From the NCBI GenBank assembly GCA_051294375.1, contig CM119267.1:5941992-6005991 (forward strand): DNA of 64,000 nucleotides. Direction: 5' to 3'. The stretch comes from Paraspadella gotoi. Taxonomy: Eukaryota > Animalia > Chaetognatha. Below, in pieces: positions 50,337 through 59,562 of this stretch. The notes beneath the pieces are model-generated. The model ran no database searches. It worked only from the letters and a program-made list of their open reading frames with translations, and was not told where the DNA came from. How positions within the stretch are numbered: position 1 is the stretch's first letter; every line of letters starts with the position of its first letter. The position numbers and the translations under genes are program-made.

Positions 50337-52381
50337 TTATGGTTTCTCTTTGGAAAATTCACATTCAGATTCGGTTCCCGTTTCCGCCTGTTCGCTGGAG
50401 GAAACGTCAATCTTAATTTCGTAAGTACTTTCCGAGATTGAGACAATATTTCGTTTCGTCGCCTACAATATGAAGAGAAACTTATAGAATGAGTTTTCCT
50501 CTTATTATTATATACCAAGAGTAATAGGTGCAGAGTCTGTTACCGTGTACAAAACTTGCTGAAAGACGAAAGAAGCAAATAGAAAAATGGAGCAGATGTT
50601 GAAGATGTTCTTCATGGAAAAGTCGCTCAGTAAAATCGCAATGACAATGAAATTCAATGGAATCCTTAAAAGAAAAAAACAACAGTGAGGTTGTAGTCGG
50701 GCATAGCAAAGTTCACCCCGCCTCTAAGCATGACACCTTCAGTCATGACCCGGTGGCTCATTGAGTAAAGCCATCAGCTCATGACCACAACGTACCGCGA
50801 GATAGGTGCACCAAGGAAGGAGCAGGGCGTTAACCTGGAGGCCCTTTTTCAAAATATAACACTGTGTACGAGATAGGCGGACCGAGGAAGGAGCAGGGCG
50901 TTAACCTGGAGGCCCTTTTTCAAAATATAACATTGTGTACCGGGTTCAATCCCAACCCGGTACCTACCCTGCGGGAAGTGTGAGGATGGTCGTAAGCCGC
51001 CTTGGGGGCGTGGAAAACCCTCAAGCCTGGTTCCAAGCCCAGGACCCGTTCCATGGCTGCCAGAGGGGGTTATAGAAGTTACGGATAGTCATCTTCAGCC
51101 CACTTAGCGCCTTATCCACAAGGTTAACAGTTCAACTTTACTAAACAATACAAAACTCTTCAGTCCTCACCTAAAGAAATTCATCACGGTGGACCTAGTT
51201 TCCTCGGGAACGTATTTGCCCCTCATGGTGCACATGGCCGGCCAAAAGACCCCAACGCAGACCTCGAAAATGAGAAAGGCGATATATATGAGTAGTTGAT
51301 TCGCCGGAAAAGCCATAGGGACGGCGAGGGAGACGGCAGCGACGAAAAGCAAAGGCCTCATAAATGACTCGACGGTCGACCAGTGGGAGAGGATTTTGAA
51401 AACGGCGGAGCCGATCATCACGCTCAGCATGAACCCCGTAAAGACGATTCCGTGAGGGATGTGATTTTCGTCCAGAGACGCCGGCTGGTTTGGTTCCGGC
51501 TGGATGGAAAGCGCCGGCGTCCACTCTAGCACAAAGGTGTACATCGCGCCCTCGAAAAGGCCTTGAATGGCCCCGAGGCAGAAGACCTTTCGGTCGAAGA
51601 GAATGCTGCGAAGAGCCATCTTGGCGTTGCGACGGGCGTTGGAGGAGGCGCTTCCGTGGTTCTCGTTCCAGGTCATCACCGTCGCGGCGATCATGAGTAG
51701 GAGGACGACGATGGAACAGTCGAAAGGCGCCACGTAGCCGAACCAGTCGGCGGCGAGTTGCGCAACCACACCGGCGATGATGGCCACGACTGAGTTGCCC
51801 AAGGTTGCGTGCGCAAAGAGATTGGAAAGGAGGTCTTCGTCGAAGCCGCGGGCGTGATGCTCGAAGACTACCCAACTCTCGAAAGCGCTGTAGAGTATGG
51901 AGGTGGAGAGCCCGGCGAGAAAACGACCCACCATAAGTACGTAATAGTTCGGAACGTGTTTCGTGACGCAGGCCAGGAGGTAAGTGATACCATAGAGGAT
52001 GACGTTGAAGCGTCGGCCGATAGTGTCGGCCAGAGAACCGACAAAGGTGCCGAATATCATCGAGGAACCGAAACCAGCAACGAAAAGCTCCTCTATTTGC
52101 TGCGTCGACATTCCGTAGCTACATCAATTAATAAGAATTTTCACAGTACGATTGGACGAAGATAAAAACACCGATTGTTAAAACTACCTGTCGTACAAGG
52201 CATACACATGAGGGCCTTGAAGCCAGTCGGCCCCCATGGCCATGAGAAAGACGACAAGGTAAGTTCGCTGAAAACGTATGAAGTTGCCATTTTTGGACGA
52301 CGGTAATCTCGTTCCCGAGTAAAAGTGTAAAACGGCGCAGATCGCTATCAAAACGCCCAGGCTGGCGTAAAACATGTCCAT
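50337..52381 (-). CDS. MFSD5: Molybdate-anion transporter MFSD5; 4 coding exons
   Basis: FQRTYLVVFLMAMGADWLQGPHVYALY, LFVAGFGSSMIFGT, GLSTSILYSAFESW, LFEGAMYTFVLEWTPAL, RSTVMNFFR|IPLNFIV. Confidence 0.92.
50692..51120. mobile_element. Solo LTR in the MFSD5 intron
   Basis: 429-bp GC-rich block TGTAG...CCACA flanked by an AGGT duplication (50688-50691 and 51121-51124). Internal ~71-bp tandem duplication at 50798-50940. Confidence 0.7.
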
Positions 52382-52540
52382 GATTGTCTGATTACTTTGA
52401 TTAGATTGTTAGGTTGAATCAAATAAATTAATTTATCTAGGGTAGAAAAAATGGGAGGGAAAAAGTAAAAATCTCTTCTTGCAACCAAGTCGGAAGATCG
52501 CAAATTACGCAGTCTCAATTTTTTTTTTCTTTCCCCATCA

Positions 52541-52864
52541 TCAACTGGGGTCGTTTAGGTCTTTGTCTTTTTCCGAGGATATTCTCGACATCATTTCTCT
52601 GAATTCTGTGTCGTCTCCTTCATTGTAGTAACGTTTTTTCAACGTCCGATATTTCCTGAGCATGTACAAGGCCTCGATCTCTTTGCAGACGAACTCTCCG
52701 CGAGCGATCAACATCCTGATCTTCTCCGGATCCGTCTCGTCCTTGTTTTTCATGAAGGCCGCTTTGAGTCTCGTTCGAAACCAATCGGCTCCCAAGGGAT
52801 ATTCTCTTCCCAGATAGTAAAGGTTCTTGTACAGCTGAATCACTTCGCTCCGAAGGGACGTCAT
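52541..52864 (-). CDS. LYRM5: Electron transfer flavoprotein regulatory factor 1 (LYR motif protein 5)
   Basis: [72 protein letters not shown]. Confidence 0.93.
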   Translation of the reverse strand: MTSLRSEVIQLYKNLYYLGREYPLGADWFRTRLKAAFMKNKDETDPEKIRMLIARGEFVCKEIEALYMLRKYRTLKKRYYNEGDDTEFREMMSRISSEKDKDLNDPS

Positions 52865-53072
52865 GCGTGTTTTTTTTTTTTTTTTTTTGTTGTTGTTTTT
52901 GTTTTGTTTTTGGTCGTGTGTTTATAGGGTCCCTTTTTTCTCAGACAATGTTAATATCCTGTCGATTTCAAAGTTATCGTTTTTCCGAAATCACAAAACA
53001 ACGAAAAGAGAAATATCCTGTAACAATGCCAACATATAAACAAAAAATTCGCACGATTAACTGTTGGGTATT

Positions 53073-53980
53073 TTAAACGAATATAGAGACGATTTTGACT
53101 GCGTCGTCATCTTCTGACAATTCGACGCTTTCTTCCTCGTTTGATCTCGAAAAGTAGTTAAGTCGAACGCCAGTGACGTAAAAAGCGGCAAAGAGCGCCA
53201 AGCAAAGGAGGCAGACAACCAGAACGACCAGCGTCTTGGAGTCCATGGACAAGAAAAACTCATGAAACACAGAAATGGGGCGGGAGACAAAGCGACGACG
53301 GCGACAGGGCATTCTGAAGGCGTGGACGGATTGAGCGCGATCGACAGGCGAGTCCAAAAGGCGTTGTCGAGCGGAATCGTTCACTTCGGGAGATTCACTG
53401 AATAGTAAAACGGGAAGAGACGAAAATTAAAAAAAGAAAGGCAAAGAATTATTTAATAAAACATAACAAAAAAAACAAACAAAAAAACTGACTCGAATTC
53501 AATCCTGGGTCGCCTTTGTCGCAGAACGATGTTTTCTCCCGATTGTTCCACCGCCTCTTCTTCGCTCGGCTCGTGATCGACGAGCTGTTGGATAATCTCA
53601 CGGCCCACCCCTCTTCTTCGCATCATCTCGTACGGCGTCATACCGTTATCGTTTTTTAAGGCGGGGTCGGCCCCGTATCGTAACAACAATTCAAGAGTCA
53701 TAGCGTGGCCGCACAAGTGAAGCGGGGCGTTGCCGTGCAAATCCCGAAAGTTTGGATCGGCCCCGGCGGCCAACAGAGCCGCCATGACGGAATCGATTCC
53801 ACGAGCGGCTGCGTGATGGAGACCGGTGCGACGCCGTTCGAGGTCCGCCGCGTCGGGTGAAGCGCCGTCCAGATAAATGGCGCGCGAGAGACCGGCGATG
53901 TCGCCGTCTCGGCTGCAGCGAATCACGTCGAACGCGGCGCTTGTCATGGGACGACTGTGGCAGAGAACGAGAAGGTTCAT
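53073..53980 (-). CDS. ANKRD46: Ankyrin repeat domain-containing protein 46 (C-terminal TM); 2 exons
   Basis: RTGLHHAAARG, DLHGNAPLHLCGH, MRRRGVGREIIQQL, then HEFFLSMDSKTLVVLVVCLLCLALFAAFYVTGV, which mirrors ANKRD46 WQEF..LLSLGIAYYVSGV. Confidence 0.85.
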
Positions 53981-53995
53981 ACTCTTCTATGCATC

Positions 53996-54029
53996 GGGCT
54001 CGGCTCTCGGCTCTCGGCTCTCGGCTCTC
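53996..54029. repeat. (GGCTCTC)n heptamer tandem in the ANKRD46 5' region
   Basis: gggctcggctctcggctctcggctctcggctctc. Confidence 0.7.
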
Positions 54030-54183
54030 AGTAGCACGCCGCCGCTGAGGCTAAAGTCGCCATTTGTAAAAAGTAATCACAAAATAAAAATGGAATAAAC
54101 AAGGCTATATTAAAAGACATTCGATAATACAAACTTACAACTACAAGCAAAATAACGTAAAAAGCGCGAAGACTGATGAATGA

Positions 54184-55076
54184 TCAAAAACTGTAATCTC
54201 TGTGCTCGTCGAGAGAAAGGTAGCCCAACTTGGGCAAAGGATTTTCAATCTCGCGTATCAAAGCCTTCGGAACATGACGAGAAGTCAGTCTCAATCCTTT
54301 GCTTCTCACCAACTCCCTTACTGCCAAGAGGGCGAGGTCCTTGAGCGACAGAATTTCGCTATGAATTGTCACTGTTACACGTTCATTGCGGTCGGTGCAG
54401 AGAGGCGGAAAAAAGTAGCGGCGGCTATCCGAGTATTTCTGCTCCTTGGAGTCGTTAGTGCGCATTACGTAATTGTCCACGTCGAAGAAGATCCACGGAT
54501 GAGTGACATAGGTGTCCATAAGCATCCGATCGCCGGAATGAATGCAACCGTAGTGGACGCGGATGCCCTGATAATTGAGCCAAAAGACGTCCACGGATTT
54601 GTGGCTACGGTTGAGGAACGCGGCGTATGTTGGTTCTCCGACGTCAGAGTGGAGCGGTCGACCCAAGGCGTCAACCGATTCAACGTCGGCCTGCACCCGG
54701 AATCGCGTTCGGTGGATGTAGACATGGATTGGATCGGAGGATACAGCGCCTGCCAATTGTGAATGAATAATAGCAAATCTAGGAGACGACCAATGACGAG
54801 TACCAACGTACCTTCGCCAGGAGAGGGCCTGTACTGAATAAGTCGCGGCTCATGAGAGGTTTCTTCATTTAAAGACACGTAGAGTGGTTTTGCGAAATCG
54901 TGGACGAATTCAAAAATGCAACCGACGTTTGTGGTCCTGTGCAAGGCATCGTGCGGTGAAATTGTCTCGCAGAATAACTGATTTTCTCCTTCGCTGCTTT
55001 GACGCAGTTCCACTATAAAGTCCGTCGTGTTTACAAAAGTAACGTGAACCGGAACACCCGCAGAAGTAATAGACAT
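54184..55076 (-). CDS. VHL: von Hippel-Lindau-like protein (beta domain + BC/VHL box) with an extra N-terminal beta-like domain; 2 exons
   Basis: AFLNRSHKSVDVFWLNYQGIRVHYGCIHSG..DTYVTHPWIFFD, BC box SLKDLALLAVRELV, HVPKALIREI. A phase-1 intron at ~54811-54750 joins the upstream exon in frame. Confidence 0.8.
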
Positions 55077-55317
55077 GGCACATGTGTAGGTAGATCGAAC
55101 TGTCAAGTGAAAAAAATAAAAGACGCGTGCAATATTCTAAAGCAAATTAGATATTTCCAACAAATGCATTTTTAAAATTTAAAAGAAAAAGTTGGGAGTG
55201 ATTTAAAGCCAAGTTTAAAAAAGATAAAAAACGAACGACAATGAAAAAATCATTCAGAAGCGGACTTAATTCATTATCTCGCCCAATCCAGGAAGGTCGG
55301 CGAGATAAAAACCCTAG

Positions 55318-57357
55318 CTAATTTGTAGGAGGAGAAAATGAACCATTTAAAATTGGCTCACTTTTCAATAATAAAACCGCAGGAATATCATCACTGGTTA
55401 CTGACGGGTTTGTCCCGTCCGTTTCAAAAGTTAAAGCAATATTAGTTTCGAAGTTGGAAACATTTTTAGAAAACTTTAAAAAAGGTTGAGCAACGAAAAG
55501 AGTCTTTTGGGGACCAACTTCGGTCCAATATCGACCTATGTTATGGCCATTAACAAAAAGTTGACCCTTTTTTAAACTATTCATTTCGATAAAATAGTCT
55601 CCAGCAAGACACTTAACTTTATGGTTATTCGTCACAGGAATTGAGAAATTGTAAATGAAAAAACCGGGAATTTGTATGTTTGCCCCACTTGGAGATTTAG
55701 GGATACCTAAACTCGAACTAAAATTCTTTTTTAAAATTTCATTTGTGTTATTAAGGGGAAGAGGGTAAATTTGCCAATTAGTTAGAGTTTTAGAACCGAC
55801 AGTAACATTCGACAGTAAGCCCTTGAAAATGGAATCGTAGGGTAAGTCACCATAGCATTTCCTCCCCTGACTCTCTACTAGAATATCGATGGTATCACCA
55901 GCAAAAATCAACATTCCAGGGATTGACGTATTTCCATTAATATTAACGACTCCCAAGTACTTGTCATTTACATAAACCACACCACGATCTCTAACACCCT
56001 TTACAGTTAAATCGCCCACAAGCCTTTCAACCGAATATGTTCGGTATAAAACATACCCGTAATCCTGCTGAAGATCTTCAAAGGTTAAAGGAAATTTCGA
56101 ACTAAAAAATCGAGGGCTCAGAACGTCCAATGCGTCTTTCAAAGGTATATAACGAAAGGGGATTAATTCGCTCATTATCTCAGTCCAACCAGACAAAGTG
56201 TGAGACTGGGCGCAAATAGAAACATCAATGGGGCCGGGAACTGGGGGCAAAGCGGCCGCAACATACTTCTGCACAACTTTTCGAATCGCAAAGAGTTTAG
56301 TTCGAGGTTTTCCCGTCTCAGATATCGGCGCATCATAGTCCCATGTTGTAGTGGCACTGTATCTATAATTACCGTGGGTGATACCTTCGTGAAAGCCGTA
56401 AATAGTGCCACCAACGAACATGAATGTATTAACAGAAGCATTAAGAGATAAAATATGATCAAGAGTCGAAGCTGCCGCAAAATCGGACACACTTTCATAT
56501 TTTCGGCCCCAAAAGTCGTGCCATCCGGCATAATATTCAGAATTGACCAGAGGCCCAGGGCCAAATCCCAATCTTTTGAGAACTCGTTTTTGAACATCGA
56601 AGGATGCTCTCGTTTGATTCCTCGATCCAGTACCGAAATCGATGGTTGGAAATATTGAACGGGGAGTTTTCAAGTATTTCATATAACCGTCACCAGCGCC
56701 GTCAGTAGAGAAAAGAATAACATCCTGACCAAAATGCTTTTCTAATCTAAGTCTTAGTGAAATCAAATATTTTTCCGACGCTAACGGAAACGAGCCCAGC
56801 TCGTTCTCAACTTGAACAGCAAATACAGGACCACCATTTGGGTACAGAAATGGTACTAACCTCGGGCACAATACATCGAACCATTCGAACACGGGATGCA
56901 AAAATAGCTTATCTCTAGTTCTAAACTTTATGTCCTTCTTTTCCCACAGAAGCCAGGATGGCAGACCACCGAGGTCGTTGAGGTTGTCGATATATGGACC
57001 CGGGCGAAGGATTACGAGCATTTCAAGTTTATTGATAATAGAAAGAAATTTAAATAGATTAAGTTCCCCATCAAAGGTAAAATGTCCCTTGTAAGGTTCA
57101 TGCAGATGCCAAGGCACGTAGGTCTGAACCGTATTCAATCCAGAGGCAGCCATTTTCTTCAAACGGTCTTCCCAATAATACGCAGGTGTCCGCCAATAGT
57201 GAAAAGATCCGGATATGTACCGAAACTCCTTGCCATCTCTGATAAAGATGCCTTTATCACTGTCGATGCTGATTGGTGTTCTGATCCGTCGAGAATTCTC
57301 AACGCGAGACGTTAATAAAATTATGGCTATTTTCAAAAATATCGTCACTGATTCCAT
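55318..57357 (-). CDS. GH35 beta-galactosidase-like protein; intronless
   Basis: ISGSFHYWR, GLNTVQTYVPWHLHEP, LRPGPYI, AVQVENELGS (acid/base), NSEYYAGWHDFWG (nucleophile), DYDAPISE, KGQLFVNGHNIGRYW..GPQKTLF. Confidence 0.92.
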   Translation of the reverse strand: MESVTIFLKIAIILLTSRVENSRRIRTPISIDSDKGIFIRDGKEFRYISGSFHYWRTPAYYWEDRLKKMAASGLNTVQTYVPWHLHEPYKGHFTFDGELNLFKFLSIINKLEMLVILRPGPYIDNLNDLGGLPSWLLWEKKDIKFRTRDKLFLHPVFEWFDVLCPRLVPFLYPNGGPVFAVQVENELGSFPLASEKYLISLRLRLEKHFGQDVILFSTDGAGDGYMKYLKTPRSIFPTIDFGTGSRNQTRASFDVQKRVLKRLGFGPGPLVNSEYYAGWHDFWGRKYESVSDFAAASTLDHILSLNASVNTFMFVGGTIYGFHEGITHGNYRYSATTTWDYDAPISETGKPRTKLFAIRKVVQKYVAAALPPVPGPIDVSICAQSHTLSGWTEIMSELIPFRYIPLKDALDVLSPRFFSSKFPLTFEDLQQDYGYVLYRTYSVERLVGDLTVKGVRDRGVVYVNDKYLGVVNINGNTSIPGMLIFAGDTIDILVESQGRKCYGDLPYDSIFKGLLSNVTVGSKTLTNWQIYPLPLNNTNEILKKNFSSSLGIPKSPSGANIQIPGFFIYNFSIPVTNNHKVKCLAGDYFIEMNSLKKGQLFVNGHNIGRYWTEVGPQKTLFVAQPFLKFSKNVSNFETNIALTFETDGTNPSVTSDDIPAVLLLKSEPILNGSFSPPTN

Positions 57358-57610
57358 GTTAAACCTAAAGTTAAATTTATATAAAAACAAACAAAATATT
57401 GTATAAAATATAACACATTATGTAAGAAGTTCAGATAAATTTTGAAAAACGTGGTCATACAGAATGTAATAATGAATGAGGGTTCAGGGAAAATATATAA
57501 ACTTAAGATTATTAACTAGAAAGAAAAAAATATGATTATGAGCTTCATCAACTACCAAAACTATAAAATTTGCAATATTCTTACAATTTACTTAACGCGA
57601 CATTAAAAGG

Positions 57611-58211
57611 CTAATATCTACCAGAAGAAGAATATCCACCCCCCCCACCACCTCGACCTCCGTAACCACCTCCATAACCACCGCGATATCCCCCACCTCG
57701 TCCACCACCATAGTTCCCTCCACCGTAATTCCCTCCATAGTTTCCACCATAGTTTCCAGTTCCACCGCGGTTTCCACCATAACCTCCGCCTCTACCGAAT
57801 CCCCCTGATCCGCCACCTCTGTTTCGGTAGCTCTGCTCGAGCCTCTTCTGCTCCTGCTTGTTTTTATCCCTCGCCTCCGTCGCTTTGACGAATTCGATCC
57901 GGAGTCTTTTATCCTTTTCCTCTCTGTAGTCATCGCTGAGGCCCTCGGAGAGTTCCTTGACTCTCGCCTCAACGGGTGCCGGATAAGAGTTGCCCATCAT
58001 CTCCATGTTGACGTAGACGGAGCCGAGGCACAACAGCTCGTCGCGGGTGAGTCGATCCCAATTAGCGCGTAGGAAGCGAGACCGGATGTTCCATTCTTGG
58101 AAATTAGGAAAAATAATTCAATTTTGATCTGTGAATAAATTCGGTACTAAATCATACATACTTACCGGTATTGCTTTCGTGCTCCTGTCTTAATGAGTCA
58201 ATTTCTTCCAT
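57611..58211 (-). CDS. XRN2-binding domain (XTBD) protein, PAXT-1/CDKN2AIPNL-like, with a Gly/RGG-rich tail; 2 exons
   Basis: Spliced MEEIDSLRQEHESNT|EWNIRSRFLRANWD..LLCLGSVYVNMEMMGNSYP..VKELSEGL matches the XTBD pattern (E..W..R..FL..L..L...N....G..Y). Confidence 0.78.
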
Positions 58212-58455
58212 AATGGTTTTTGAAATAAGAAGAAAAATCTGTAAGTGATGATTTACAACGAGAAAGCTAAAATGAATGTAACGTTTATACAATCGCGTGC
58301 GGAGAGCGAAAGAAAACTTTTTTTCTTCTATATACCTAGATTTTATTACATCGCAATTGCAAAGTAAGACGAACAAAAAGTTATGAAAGATGAATGAATG
58401 GGAAAAAAAAGAAGGAAAAAAAACCCTCGAGGGATTCCAGAATGGATTCTGTTGT

Positions 58456-59562
58456 TCATTTCGATCCGGACCTCGATCGAGTACCCTTTTTCGGAGTCTT
58501 GGACCTACTCTTTGAACGGGTGCGCGTCCGGCTCCTAAATTTTACCAATTAAGTCAAGTTTAAATGGTGGGGGAATGTAGTTTTAAGACTTCTGCAATCG
58601 GCTTATTCTCTTTTACTCAACCCACGAACCTAGAATCTTGCGCTTTTTCCTTTCGATCACGATCGCGATCACGGCTGCGGCTACGGCTGGGCGAACGCGA
58701 CTCGCTGTGATCGCGTCGCTCGCGCGATCGACGGTCTCGAGATCGATGACCAGAGCGATGACCAGAGCGAGAGCGACGACGACGATCCCTGCCGGATGCA
58801 ACGCGTTCGTTTGGTAAATAGAAAGCGTAAACATTCAAAGGGATGAAATAAATTAACTAACCTGGATCTTGACCTGGCAGGGATCGGCACAAACAAAGAT
58901 TGAATAACGTATTATACGGAATATATAGATGTATTTTTATTAAGATTACTGAAAAATACTTACATGCTGTAAGTTAATTTTAAAATTATTGAACTTTATG
59001 AACTAATAGAAAATCTTTCGTGTGTGCGCGAAACGCCGATCCCCGCTCTACCTGGATCTTCTTCTTTCCCTGTAACGTCCGGATCTTCCGCCCCTTCCGC
59101 GAGACCCTCCTGATTCAGGTCTCGCGTAGCGCGCGACTTGAACGCGCAAAGGACGACCATCCATTTTCGTCCCGTCCATGCGCTCCATGGCGTCTTCGGC
59201 GTCGGCCAGCTCGTAAAATCTATAGAGGTTGAAAATTTAGAGAAACTTATTGAAGCGGGCGAGAGACCAATGGCGAAGTAGAAAAAAAAAAAAAAAAAAG
59301 TCGAGGATGTCCAACGTACAAGAGACATTTTATAAAACATTATGAAAACGGACAGCAAAGTTCTCGCTGTAACACACCTGACGAACGCAAAGCCTCTGCT
59401 CTCTTTGGTATGGTAATCCCTAGGAATGTAGATGTCTCCGATGTCGCCGAATTTTCCGAAGACGTTTCTCAACGACTCCGCCGTCGTCCGGTAAGTGAGG
59501 TTGTCCACCTTCAGCGTCGACATCTCGGAAACGTCCGGAGGAGGTCGTCCGAAATCTCCCAT
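58456..59562 (-). CDS. SRSF2: Serine/arginine-rich splicing factor 2 (SC35)-like; multi-exon
   Basis: [46 protein letters not shown]|[24 protein letters not shown], followed by RS-rich exons. Confidence 0.92.

Noticed and set aside
41232-57357. Bacterial origin or contamination suggested by operon-like layout and intronless glycosidases
   Set aside because: Neighbouring genes have spliceosomal introns and eukaryote- or animal-type products (HGS, VHL, TEX11, SRSF2), and MANBA has a eukaryotic signal peptide and animal-type motifs.
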